From positions 29,975-93,974 of the forward strand of contig CAJOJG010000001.1 of assembly GCA_905234655.1 (NCBI GenBank): 64,000 bases of DNA, in the 5' to 3' direction. Under the pieces are notes generated by a model that did not search any database, was not told the origin of the DNA, and saw only the letters and a list, made by a program, of their open reading frames with translations. Source of the DNA: an uncultured Bacteroidales bacterium. GTDB lineage: Bacteria > Bacteroidota > Bacteroidia > Bacteroidales > UBA3824. Positions 35,243 through 44,788 of the stretch are shown here, piece by piece (the first letter of the stretch is position 1; every line of letters begins with the position of its first letter). Made by a program: the position numbers and the translations under genes.

Positions 35243-35331
35243 GTAGAAAAACAGCCTGATTTCCACACATTTTTTTGGCGGTGAAACTAATTTGGGCTAA
35301 AATTGTGTCATAATTTTTAATCCTACACATT

Positions 35332-36645
35332 ATGACAAAGATACCAAACCAAAGTTTTTGGCAACTCTGGAACATCAGTTTTGGATTTTTCGGAGTTCAG
35401 ATAGCCTACGCGCTACAGAGCGCGAACATAAGCCGCATTTTCGCAACCCTCGGCGCGGATCCGCATAACCTCAGTTACTTTTGGATTCTCCCGCCATTAA
35501 TGGGCATCGTCGTCCAGCCGATAATTGGCGTGCTGAGCGACAAGACCTGGACACGGTTCGGACGCAGGATACCGTATCTTTTTGTGGGCGCGGCGATTGC
35601 GGTGCTCGTGATGTGCCTCCTGCCAAACGCCGGCAGCTTCGGACTGACGGTATCGGCGGCGATGATATTCGGCCTTATATCGCTCATGTTCCTCGACACA
35701 AGCATCAACATCGCCATGCAGCCGTTCAAGATGCTCGTCGGCGACATGGTCAACGAGGAGCAGAAGACAAAGGCATACTCCATACAGTCGTTCCTCTGCA
35801 ACGCTGGCAGCGTCATCGGATTCATCTTCCCTTTCCTGTTCACTTGGATTGGCATAAGCAACACCTCGGCGGACGGCGTCGTGCCGGACTCCGTGATTTA
35901 CTCGTTCTACCTCGGCGCGGCGATACTTATTCTGTGCGTCATCTACACAGTAGTGAAAGTAAAGGAATATCCACCGTCACTTTATAACGAGTACCACGGA
36001 ATAAAGGAAGAACCCAAGGGCGACAGCCCCAACGTCTTCAAACTCCTCATCGACGCGCCAAAGGCATTCTGGACTGTCGGGCTTGTGCAGTTCTTCTGCT
36101 GGGCGGCGTTCATGTACATGTGGACGTACACTAATGGCGCAATCGCCGACAACTGCTGGGGCGCTACCGACACATCGTCGCCCGAATACCAGGCCGCCGG
36201 AAACTGGGTAGGAATCCTGTTTGCAGTCCAGGCAATCGGCTCTGTGGCATGGGCGGCACTGCTGCCATGGCTCGCCGCGAAGACCAACCGCAAGTTTGCA
36301 TATTCAATAAGCCTTGTGCTTGGCGGCATTGGCTTTATCTCGACAATGTTCGTCACAAACCAGTTCCTGTTGTTCATCAGCTTCCTGCTGATAGGTTGCG
36401 CATGGGCGGCGATGCTGGCGTTACCGTTCACAATCCTCACTAACGCGCTCGAGGGCTACGGCCATATCGGCTCGTACCTCGGACTTTTCAACGGCACAAT
36501 CTGCATACCGCAAATCGTTGCCGCATTAGTCGGCGGCGGACTTCTCAGCATTGTCGGCGGCTCGCAGGTATCCATGCTCGTCATCGCTGGCATACTGCTC
36601 CTCGTCGGCTCGCTCTGCGTGTTCATCATAAAGGAAAAAAAGTAA
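35332..36645 (+). CDS. MFS sugar:proton symporter (SLC45/GPH-like), probable maltose or alpha-glucoside transporter
   Basis: 437 aa with 12 predicted helices. The N-terminal motif is GVLSDKTWTRFGRRIPY. It is clustered with pgmB and a GH65 phosphorylase. Confidence 0.8.
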   Translation: MTKIPNQSFWQLWNISFGFFGVQIAYALQSANISRIFATLGADPHNLSYFWILPPLMGIVVQPIIGVLSDKTWTRFGRRIPYLFVGAAIAVLVMCLLPNAGSFGLTVSAAMIFGLISLMFLDTSINIAMQPFKMLVGDMVNEEQKTKAYSIQSFLCNAGSVIGFIFPFLFTWIGISNTSADGVVPDSVIYSFYLGAAILILCVIYTVVKVKEYPPSLYNEYHGIKEEPKGDSPNVFKLLIDAPKAFWTVGLVQFFCWAAFMYMWTYTNGAIADNCWGATDTSSPEYQAAGNWVGILFAVQAIGSVAWAALLPWLAAKTNRKFAYSISLVLGGIGFISTMFVTNQFLLFISFLLIGCAWAAMLALPFTILTNALEGYGHIGSYLGLFNGTICIPQIVAALVGGGLLSIVGGSQVSMLVIAGILLLVGSLCVFIIKEKK

Positions 36646-36677
36646 CCACAGACAATTAATATAATTTTTATCATACA

Positions 36678-37316
36678 ATGAAAGCATGTATCTTTGACCT
36701 TGACGGAGTTTTGGTCGATTCCGCCAAATACCACTATTTGGCGTGGAAAGCCTTGGCTGACAAGCTGGGCTTTGAGTTCACTGAGAAAGACAACGAGCGG
36801 CTTAAAGGCGTGTCGCGCATGAAATCGCTCGAAATCCTGCTCGAAATCGGCGGCGTGCTGATGTCGGACGAAGAGAAAGAGAAGGCTGCGACGGAGAAGA
36901 ACGGACTTTACCGCAGCTTCATCTCAAAAATGACACCTGACGAAATCCTGCCGGGCGTGGAGGATTTCCTGAAAGAAGTGAAGGCCGCCGGACTTAAGAC
37001 ATCGATAGGCTCGGCATCCAAAAACACACCGCTAATCATGGAGCGCGCCGGGCTGTCGAAGTATTTTGACGCTGTGGCGGACGGGACAATGGTCTCCAAG
37101 GCAAAGCCCGACCCAGAGGTCTTCCTCAAAGGCGCGGAACTTCTTGGCGTCGACCCCAAAGACTGCGTGGTGTTTGAGGACGCGGAGGCAGGTGTCGAGG
37201 CTGCGCACAACGCCGGAATGAAGGCTGTGGGAATCGGAAGCCCGACAACACTCGGCAAGGCGGAACTTGTAATCCCGAACTTTGTAGGATTCAAACTCAG
37301 CTATCTTACTTTCTGA
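36678..37316 (+). CDS. pgmB: Beta-phosphoglucomutase
   Basis: 212 aa of the HAD fold, with FDLDGVLVDSAKYHYLAWKALA, KGVSRMKSLE and VFEDAEAGVEAAHNAGM. Confidence 0.88.
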   Translation: MKACIFDLDGVLVDSAKYHYLAWKALADKLGFEFTEKDNERLKGVSRMKSLEILLEIGGVLMSDEEKEKAATEKNGLYRSFISKMTPDEILPGVEDFLKEVKAAGLKTSIGSASKNTPLIMERAGLSKYFDAVADGTMVSKAKPDPEVFLKGAELLGVDPKDCVVFEDAEAGVEAAHNAGMKAVGIGSPTTLGKAELVIPNFVGFKLSYLTF

Positions 37317-37337
37317 TTTAATTTCTCTTAACATTTT

Positions 37338-37369
37338 TTTGCAAGTTTTGGAAATTAACAGTATCTTTG
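37338..37369 (+). promoter_or_regulatory. Consensus promoter (TTTG-N20-TATCTTTG) internal to the maltose cluster
   Basis: TTTG at 37338-37341 and TATCTTTG at 37362-37369. It lies upstream of the ATG at 37397. Confidence 0.55.
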
Positions 37370-37396
37370 CGCATGACAATCCAAACAAGCAACACT

Positions 37397-39049
37397 ATGA
37401 AACAACGTAATCTTACAACACTGATTTTGTGCGCGTTGTTCATGTCGATAAGTGCGTTGGACAGTTATGCGCAACTTTCTAACACCCTCTTTTTCGACAA
37501 GAACAACTACCGCAACCACTACCTAAACCCGGCAGAAAGATATAACGGACAGTTTTTCCTTAACGTGCCACTTTACGCGCCGAACGCAGCCCTCGAATAC
37601 GGCAAACCCGACAGAGAGTTCTGCGGGCTGTTCAACACGTACCCCCGCGACATGAAAGCGATGTTCTGGCTTCAGGACATCAACATCGCTGAGAACCAAG
37701 ACTTTGCCCTTTCGTCGGCATTCGGCACGGCATGGTCTTTGGGATACGTCACAAAACACGACGCATTCCTGACGATGGACATTTCGCTGCGCAGCGAGGC
37801 ATGGGCGGAAGTCCCGGACAAATTCAACAATGCCATCTTCAAAGGCCTCAACGACGGCCTCAACGACCTTTCCGGCTTCTCCTCGGAAAGCAAACTTTGG
37901 GCGCAGGCATCAGTGACCTACGCCAGGACATTCTTCAAAAACATGTCGATAGGCATCTCCGCAAAATACCTGTACGGCCTCTCGGCTGTGAAAACGAAAT
38001 TCAACGGACTATATATTAACAACACCGCCGACAACGCCACGCTCGCTGGCGACGGCGAAATATACATCACATCGCCCGGACTTGATATCACAAGGACGGA
38101 ATCGGGGCGCATGGTGGATTTGGACGACAAGTCGTCGACGACATTCAAGAACTTCACGCCCAAAGGACGCTCGGGCTTCGCATTCGACTTTGGCTTCACG
38201 TATAACGTACAGAAAAACCTGAAACTCTCCGCCTCCGTCCTCGACATAGGTTTCATAAACTGGAAAGTGAAACACGGCTACCGAATGTCCATGACCGACA
38301 CCTACAACTACGTCTCGCCACTGACCGGCAAACTCACGTCCCTCAGCGACATCCAACAGACACTGACTCTCCTTGATGACAACACCGCGAAAACCAGCCT
38401 TGTGCCTAAAATCTACGCCGGAGCGGAATACGCGCTTTGGAAAGACAGGATAGGACTTGGCGCGATATACAAGTCACGAATCTTCCCGCACAGAACCGCA
38501 AACGAAATCATATTCTCCGCAAACCTCCGTATGCTCAAGAAACTGATACTCGCCGCAGCATACACGATGCCGGACTATGCCGAAAATTCTGTGGACGTAT
38601 CGCTGACAGCCGCATTGGACGTGCTTAACATCTACATCGCCGTCGACAACGTGACAAAAATCGGCGACTTCAACGGCGACGACGTTTTCTTCCTTCTTCC
38701 CTCCGACAACAGCGTTATGCGCATAAGCGCGGGCATCGGCTTCACTTTCAAGAAAATATCCAAGAAAAAAGCCCTCCAAAAAATCGAATACGACAACACC
38801 GGCGCGACGATTACCGTGACCGGCAGCGTCCAAAGCCGCAACAAGAAAGGACAGACGACCCCGCTTGCCGGTGTGTCGATTACGCAGGCCGGCTCTACTA
38901 ACAGCACCCTGACCGACGAACACGGCACATACCGCATAAGCGTCCCGACCGGCTCCGCGCTCGTGTTCAAGTACAAAGGACACAACGCACACGCCGAAAG
39001 CGTGAAAGGCAGGACAGAAATCTCCGTGGAACTCGAGAAGGTCGATTAG
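37397..39049 (+). CDS. Outer-membrane protein of unknown function with C-terminal carboxypeptidase-regulatory-like (CarbopepD_reg) domain
   Basis: The start is set at ATG 37397 (MKQRNLTTLILCALFMSISALDSYAQ, a signal peptide); TTG 37367 and ATG 37373 are alternatives. The body has alternating beta-strand patterns. The C-terminus is ITVTGSVQS...PLAGVSITQAGSTNSTLTDEHGTYRISVPTGSALVFKYKGH. Confidence 0.6.
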   Translation: MKQRNLTTLILCALFMSISALDSYAQLSNTLFFDKNNYRNHYLNPAERYNGQFFLNVPLYAPNAALEYGKPDREFCGLFNTYPRDMKAMFWLQDINIAENQDFALSSAFGTAWSLGYVTKHDAFLTMDISLRSEAWAEVPDKFNNAIFKGLNDGLNDLSGFSSESKLWAQASVTYARTFFKNMSIGISAKYLYGLSAVKTKFNGLYINNTADNATLAGDGEIYITSPGLDITRTESGRMVDLDDKSSTTFKNFTPKGRSGFAFDFGFTYNVQKNLKLSASVLDIGFINWKVKHGYRMSMTDTYNYVSPLTGKLTSLSDIQQTLTLLDDNTAKTSLVPKIYAGAEYALWKDRIGLGAIYKSRIFPHRTANEIIFSANLRMLKKLILAAAYTMPDYAENSVDVSLTAALDVLNIYIAVDNVTKIGDFNGDDVFFLLPSDNSVMRISAGIGFTFKKISKKKALQKIEYDNTGATITVTGSVQSRNKKGQTTPLAGVSITQAGSTNSTLTDEHGTYRISVPTGSALVFKYKGHNAHAESVKGRTEISVELEKVD

Positions 39050-39100
39050 CAAATTCCTCTAAAAACAACACTCCATATTTCCAACCCGAACTAATATTTG

Positions 39101-39137
39101 GCGCAAACGTTTGTTGCAAACGTTTGCGCATTTTTTT
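39101..39137 (+). terminator. 13-bp hairpin plus T-run built from two CAAACGTTTG palindromes (terminator and/or double operator)
   Basis: The stem pairs GCGCAAACGTTTG (39101-39113) with CAAACGTTTGCGC (39117-39129), followed by ATTTTTTT. Each arm is itself a palindrome. Confidence 0.6.
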
Positions 39138-39233
39138 GATGAAATTTCAGTCTAATTTTATGTTTTCCAAACAAATAAACCGTAAAATTGCAACATAAAA
39201 TCACACAAACAAGAATAACCACAAACCCAAAAA

Positions 39234-41495
39234 ATGAAAAACTACATAAAGCACGACCCCTGGCGGATAATCGAAGAAGGTTTTGACAACGAGCTCAACA
39301 AGAACTCGGAAAGCGTATGTTCCATCGGCAACGGCAAAGGCGGACAGCGCGCCAACTTTGAGGAGACTTTTACCGGCAACACGCTGCAAGGCAGCTATGT
39401 CTCCGGCGTGTACTACCCCGACAAGACCCGCGTGGGCTGGTGGAAAAACGGCTACCCGGAATATTTCGCAAAAATGCTCAACGCGCCATCGTGGACCGGC
39501 ATACACATCAACATCGACGGCGAGGAACTCGACCTGGCGAAGTGCAAAGTGACTGACTTCAGCCGCGTGCTCGACATGAAACGCGGAGTGTTGGAACGCC
39601 ACTTCGTCGCAGAGATGCAGTCCGGAAAGAAAGTGGAAGTCAGCTCCACACGCTTCCTCTCCATCGTCCGCGACGAAATCGGTGCGATAAAATACACCAT
39701 AAAGCCACTGAATTTCAGCGCGAAAGCCACTGTGACACCGGACGTGGACGCTGACATCGTCAACCAGGACTCCAACTACGACGAAAAGTTCTGGGTGGAA
39801 ATCTCCAAGCACGTCGACGACAGCGTGTCGGTCATCGCGGAGACTAAGAAAACAAAATTCCAAGTCTGCACCGCCGCCGTGACAAGATTTTCGGTCGACA
39901 CGACAGGCGACGAGCCAATCCTCCGCGAGAAATACGCCGCCAAGCGTTACTCCCTGAACCTCAAGCAGAACGAAATCGTCATAATCAACAAATACGCCTG
40001 CATAACATCTACGATGTACTACACCGCCGACGAAATCGAGGCTAAGACAAACGCCGTGCTTTATGAAGCCGTAAGCGCAGGATTCGACACTCTCCTCGCC
40101 GAGCAGGAAAAGGCGTGGGACGAGAAGTGGAAAGAATCTGACATCATCATCGAAGGCGACGTCGCCGCCCAGCAAGGAATCAGGTTCAACATCTTCCAAC
40201 TCAACCAAACTTACACCGGCCGCGACGAAAGGCTCAACATCGGCCCCAAAGGTTTCACCGGCGAGAAATACGGCGGCACGACTTACTGGGACACTGAGGC
40301 TTACTGTCTGCCGTTCTACCTCGCCACAGCCGACAAGAAGGTTGCGCACTCGCTCTTGGTCTACCGCTGGAAACACCTCAAGAAAGCCATCGAAAACGCA
40401 CAGAAACTCGGTTTCACAAACGGCGCGGCACTCTATCCGATGGTGACTATCAACGGCGAAGAATGTCACAACGAGTGGGAAATCACATTCGAGGAAATCC
40501 ACCGCAACGCCGCCATTGCAAACGCAATCGGCATCTACATCAACTACACCGGCGAAAAGGAATACTTGGCTCAGTACGGTTTGGAAGTCCTTATCGGCAT
40601 CTCGCGTTTTTGGGCGCAGCGCGTGAACTGGAGCGAGGACAAGCAAAAATACGTGATGCTTGGCGTTACCGGCCCCAACGAGTACGAGAATAATGTCAAC
40701 AACAACTGGTACACATCGCTCTCCGCCGTACAGAACATGAAGTACACAATCAAAGCCATCGAATACGTCAAAACCAACCACCCGGCAGACTTCGACCGAA
40801 TCAAAAGCACATGCAACTTTGACGAGAAGGAGACCGAAAAGTGGCAGCACATCATCGACAACATGTACCTCGGCTATGACGAAAAGCGCAAAGTCTTCAT
40901 CCAAAATGACGGCTTCATGGACAAGGAGCTGATTCCAGTCACACGAATGGACCAGAGCCAGCGTCCAATCAACCAGCACTGGTCGTGGGACAGGATTCTG
41001 AGGAGCTGCTACATAAAGCAAGCCGACGTCCTCCAGGGCATATACTTCTTCGAAGACCAGTTCGACAACGACACGATAAAGCGCAACTTCGAGTTCTACG
41101 AGCAGTTCACAGTCCACGAGTCGTCGCTCTCAAGCTGTATCCACAATATCCTCGCCGCAAAAGTCGGCCTCCACGACAAGGCATACCAGTTCTACCTCAA
41201 CGCATCGCGCCTGGACCTCGACGACTATAACAACGACACATGCGACGGATGCCACATAACGTCGATGGGCGGAACGTGGATGACCATCGTCCAAGGCTTC
41301 GGCGGAATGAGGATTAAGGACGGGCTGTTGAGCTTCAACGCCACACTCCCCGAGAAGTGGCAGTCATACTCCTTCAAAATCCGCCACCGCGACAATGTGC
41401 TGCAAATCACGGTCTCCAAGGCCGGCACAAAAATCGAAAGGCTCGAAGGCCCGCAGACAAAAGTCTACATCGACGGCGCATTGACAGAAATCTAA
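39234..41495 (+). CDS. Glycoside hydrolase family 65 phosphorylase (maltose/kojibiose phosphorylase type)
   Basis: 753 aa. It has the central catalytic region GFTGEKYGGTTYWDTEAYCLPFYL and the later GPNEYENNVNNNWYT motif. It is adjacent to pgmB, as in maltose phosphorylase clusters. Confidence 0.9.
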   Translation: MKNYIKHDPWRIIEEGFDNELNKNSESVCSIGNGKGGQRANFEETFTGNTLQGSYVSGVYYPDKTRVGWWKNGYPEYFAKMLNAPSWTGIHINIDGEELDLAKCKVTDFSRVLDMKRGVLERHFVAEMQSGKKVEVSSTRFLSIVRDEIGAIKYTIKPLNFSAKATVTPDVDADIVNQDSNYDEKFWVEISKHVDDSVSVIAETKKTKFQVCTAAVTRFSVDTTGDEPILREKYAAKRYSLNLKQNEIVIINKYACITSTMYYTADEIEAKTNAVLYEAVSAGFDTLLAEQEKAWDEKWKESDIIIEGDVAAQQGIRFNIFQLNQTYTGRDERLNIGPKGFTGEKYGGTTYWDTEAYCLPFYLATADKKVAHSLLVYRWKHLKKAIENAQKLGFTNGAALYPMVTINGEECHNEWEITFEEIHRNAAIANAIGIYINYTGEKEYLAQYGLEVLIGISRFWAQRVNWSEDKQKYVMLGVTGPNEYENNVNNNWYTSLSAVQNMKYTIKAIEYVKTNHPADFDRIKSTCNFDEKETEKWQHIIDNMYLGYDEKRKVFIQNDGFMDKELIPVTRMDQSQRPINQHWSWDRILRSCYIKQADVLQGIYFFEDQFDNDTIKRNFEFYEQFTVHESSLSSCIHNILAAKVGLHDKAYQFYLNASRLDLDDYNNDTCDGCHITSMGGTWMTIVQGFGGMRIKDGLLSFNATLPEKWQSYSFKIRHRDNVLQITVSKAGTKIERLEGPQTKVYIDGALTEI

Positions 41496-41535
41496 CAGAA
41501 AAAATTATTAAATTTGCGGTCTAAAAACATGTATC

Positions 41536-42675
41536 ATGCTTAAAGACCGCATCATATTTTTCGCACTATTGCTGTGCATCTTGCCATCATGCGCCCGGCA
41601 CAGCAGCGCCGGCACAGCGTCGGACACTGTGTCCGGTAAAAAAATAGAAATCAAATATTCCTCATTACTAAGGCTGTACGAGAACGACGGCTACATAAGA
41701 GCCGTTGTTCTTAATCCAGCTGACACTTCAAAAATTGCGCGGACATACATCCTCCACCACGGCATCTCCGCCGCGAACCTCCCCGACGGAACCGCCATAA
41801 AAGTCCCAATCGAAAAATCAATCATCTGCACATCGCTCCACGCCGGACTTCTCAAGACCCTCGGCGCATTAGGGCAGATAGCCGGCACGTGCGACTCCAA
41901 ATATATCGTGGACAGCGTCTTGCGGTCGCGGATTGACGACGGACGGATTGTGGACTGCGGATATACCGCCGCGCCAGACCGTGAAAAAGTCCTTCAACTC
42001 ATGCCCGACGCCGTCCTTCTGTCGCCATACGACGGAATGCAGACGACGGGCTTTTATGACGCGGCAGGGATTCCAGTCGTGGATTGTGTCGACTACCTCG
42101 AACGGTCTCCGCTTGGGCAGGCGGAATGGATTAAGTTTTACGGAATCCTGACAGGCAGGGAGCGCGTGGCGGACAGTATTTTTAATGTTGTCGAGACCGG
42201 CTACAAGAACCTGCGCGACTCGATAATGTTTTTGTCGTACAGACCGACACTGTTGACCGAAAAGATGTACCAGCAGACATGGTTTGTGCCGACGGGACGC
42301 TCCACGTCAGGCGAGTTCTACAGGGACGCAGGGTTCATATACCTTTTTGACGGAGAATACGCCGACGGCAGGGTTTCCGTGCCGCTGACTTTCGAGCAGG
42401 TGTTCACTAAGGCGCACGACGCGGACTATTGGATTTTCAAATATTATGGCGAAAATAGAAACCTCACCCTCGACCTGCTCGCCGCCGAGAATCCTAACTA
42501 CAAGGATTTCGGGGCGTTCAAGTCGGGGCATGTCTACGCCTGCAACACGTGGGAAAAGCCTTTTTATGACCAAACGCCGTTCCGCCCGGACATCTTATTG
42601 CGCGAACTCGTCAACATCGCGCACCCCGGCTTCATCGACGACTACAAACCTCAATATTTTTTCCCGCTCCAATAA
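41536..42675 (+). CDS. ABC transporter substrate-binding lipoprotein (cluster A-II, siderophore/heme/B12 type)
   Basis: 379 aa with lipobox ILPSC. It shows the PF01497-like pattern (KSIICTSLHAGLLKTLGALGQIAG...PDAVLLSPY). Its stop overlaps the start of the FecCD permease gene. Confidence 0.75.
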   Translation: MLKDRIIFFALLLCILPSCARHSSAGTASDTVSGKKIEIKYSSLLRLYENDGYIRAVVLNPADTSKIARTYILHHGISAANLPDGTAIKVPIEKSIICTSLHAGLLKTLGALGQIAGTCDSKYIVDSVLRSRIDDGRIVDCGYTAAPDREKVLQLMPDAVLLSPYDGMQTTGFYDAAGIPVVDCVDYLERSPLGQAEWIKFYGILTGRERVADSIFNVVETGYKNLRDSIMFLSYRPTLLTEKMYQQTWFVPTGRSTSGEFYRDAGFIYLFDGEYADGRVSVPLTFEQVFTKAHDADYWIFKYYGENRNLTLDLLAAENPNYKDFGAFKSGHVYACNTWEKPFYDQTPFRPDILLRELVNIAHPGFIDDYKPQYFFPLQ

Positions 42676-43649
42676 TGCGCAGAGCCATCATCATACTGAC
42701 CGCCACGCTATCCGCGCTGACAATTTTTTCGCTTGCGCATGGTTCTGTGGACATTCCGCTGTCAAGGCTTTGGGCGGTAATGAAGAACTCCGAAGCCGAC
42801 ATCGTGACTTCGCGGATTCTGTTCGACTGCCGCATCCCTCAATGCCTGACAGCCATCATTGCCGGCGCGTCGCTATCGGCTGCCGGGCTCATGCTCCAGA
42901 CGACCCTCGGCAACCCTTTGGCAGGGCCTTCGATTCTCGGAATTTCCACCGGCGCGTCTGTGGGCGTGGCGGTTGTCACAATGCTCACCGGCACGGCGGC
43001 CGCCACAGCGACAATCTCCGGCGCATTCGTCGGCGCATTGTCAATCCTTGCGCTCATAATGTCGCTGTCGGCGGCTGTCAGGAGCAACACAATGCTGTTG
43101 ATAGTGGGAATAATGATAAGCAGCATGGGTTCGTCGGCGGTCTCGCTGCTTAACTTCTGGTCGTCGGCAGAATCCGTAAAGACATTCGCCGTGTGGGGCA
43201 TGGGCACGTTTTCAAATGTCCAACTCTCACAACTGCCACTGTTCACGGCGGTTTGCATCATTGGACTATCCGCCTCCCTCCTACTCTCCAAGCCGCTCAA
43301 TGCGCTCCTGCTCGGTGAAAATTACGCCGCGTCGTCCGGCATCGATGTCAGGCGTTGCAGGTTTCTGTTGCTCTTGGCGACGGGATTGTTGACGGCGGTT
43401 GTCACGGCGTACTGCGGGCCAGTGGCGTTCATAGGGCTTGCCGTGCCGCACATAGCGCGAATGACGCTCGGAACGTCCGACCACCGCAAGTTACTGCCGG
43501 TCAGTATGTTGTGCGGCGCGGTCGTGTCGCTCGGCTGCGGCATTGTCTGTGTCGGGTTCCCGTCGCTCGGACAGTTGCCACTAAACGCAATTACCCCCGT
43601 CTTCGGCGCGCCGATAGTGATATACGTGGCGACACGGGGACGGAGGTAA
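42675..43649 (+). CDS. FecCD/BtuC-family ABC transporter permease
   Basis: 324 aa. Motifs are RIPQCLTAIIAGASLSAAGLMLQTTLGNPLAGPSILGISTGAS and GPVAFIGLAVPHIAR. Confidence 0.88.
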   Translation: MRRAIIILTATLSALTIFSLAHGSVDIPLSRLWAVMKNSEADIVTSRILFDCRIPQCLTAIIAGASLSAAGLMLQTTLGNPLAGPSILGISTGASVGVAVVTMLTGTAAATATISGAFVGALSILALIMSLSAAVRSNTMLLIVGIMISSMGSSAVSLLNFWSSAESVKTFAVWGMGTFSNVQLSQLPLFTAVCIIGLSASLLLSKPLNALLLGENYAASSGIDVRRCRFLLLLATGLLTAVVTAYCGPVAFIGLAVPHIARMTLGTSDHRKLLPVSMLCGAVVSLGCGIVCVGFPSLGQLPLNAITPVFGAPIVIYVATRGRR

Positions 43650-43682
43650 TATATATGCGTCAGGCGTAATGCCCACATTCCG

Positions 43683-44708
43683 CTAAAACGCCTTCATCAA
43701 CTTGATTACCAAGTCGTTCTGTTCGGGCGTGCCGACGGTTATGCGGATGCAGTTTTGGCACTTTGCCATCGAGTTTCGCGAGCGGAGTATGACGCCGTTC
43801 TTTATCATGTACGCCATGAGTTCGTCGTGGCGCGAGGTGTGGAACATGAAGAAGTTAGCGTCCGAGGGATATATCTTGTCGATGTAGGACAGTTGTGAGA
43901 ACTCTTTCATCAGCCTGTCACGCTCCGAGACGAGCAGTTCGACAGTCTTCTTGAAAGACTCGGGGTCGGACAGCCGCTCGACGATAGTCTTTTGGGTGAA
44001 ACCGTCCATGTTATACGGCATCTTGACTTTGTTGACCATTGCGGCGAGTTCAACGCTCATGTAGCCGACACCCGCGCGGATTGATGCAAGTCCCCACGCT
44101 TTTGAGAATGTCTGCACAACGACGATGTTGTCATACTCCGGCAGGTATTTTATGAGCGACTCGGTTTCCGAAAAGTCATTGTACGCCTCGTCAACGACCA
44201 CAAGCCCCGGGAACGACTTTGCAATCTTGAGGATTTTCTGTGGGTCGAATGACTTGCCGGTAGGATTGTTCGGGGAGCAGATGAGAATCATCTTCGAGTT
44301 TGCGTCGACGCGCCCGAGAATGTCGTCGGGGTTGAAGTCGAAGCCGTCGTCCAAAAGCACTTCGCGGAACTCCACATTGTTAAGGCAAGCCAATGTGTAG
44401 TACATTCCGTAACTTGGCGATATTGAAACCACATTGTCCTGTCCGGGGTTACAACTTATCCTGTACATCAAATCAAGGATTTCGTCGCTGCCGTTGCCCA
44501 TGACCATATTGTCAGGTGAAACGCCTTTTATCTTGGCGAGCATTTCCTTCGGGTCGCGCTGCATCGGGTCTGGGTAGCGGTTCCATGTGCCATACGGGTT
44601 CTCGTTGGCATCGAGGAAAACGTAGTCGCCCTTCGCCACGAGGTCGCGCGCCGCCGAATACGCTTCCATGTCTAAGATGTTTTTGCGTAATATCTTGTTA
44701 AAGTCCAT
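43683..44708 (-). CDS. hisC: Histidinol-phosphate aminotransferase
   Basis: 341 aa. Motifs are LDANENPYG, SPNNPTG and TFSKAWGLASIRAGV (the PLP lysine). Confidence 0.92.
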   Translation of the reverse strand: MDFNKILRKNILDMEAYSAARDLVAKGDYVFLDANENPYGTWNRYPDPMQRDPKEMLAKIKGVSPDNMVMGNGSDEILDLMYRISCNPGQDNVVSISPSYGMYYTLACLNNVEFREVLLDDGFDFNPDDILGRVDANSKMILICSPNNPTGKSFDPQKILKIAKSFPGLVVVDEAYNDFSETESLIKYLPEYDNIVVVQTFSKAWGLASIRAGVGYMSVELAAMVNKVKMPYNMDGFTQKTIVERLSDPESFKKTVELLVSERDRLMKEFSQLSYIDKIYPSDANFFMFHTSRHDELMAYMIKNGVILRSRNSMAKCQNCIRITVGTPEQNDLVIKLMKAF

Positions 44709-44788
44709 TTTTTCTACATAAATATTTTTTCTTGCTCCGCCTAACGGCGGAGTATTTAACGCCGCCTACGGCGGCTATTTTTTACCAC

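Noticed and set aside
34997-35266. 89-aa ORF on the minus strand in the lipoprotein-transporter intergenic region
   Set aside because: It has a GTG start, no recognisable domain and an odd Cys/aromatic-rich composition. It also overlaps the operator-like motif. The evidence is insufficient to call a gene.
39201-41117. 638-aa ORF on the minus strand
   Set aside because: It is entirely antisense to the well-supported GH65 phosphorylase gene. Its composition is dominated by V/D/F/A/G, as expected from reading a GC3-rich gene backwards, and no motif is recognisable.
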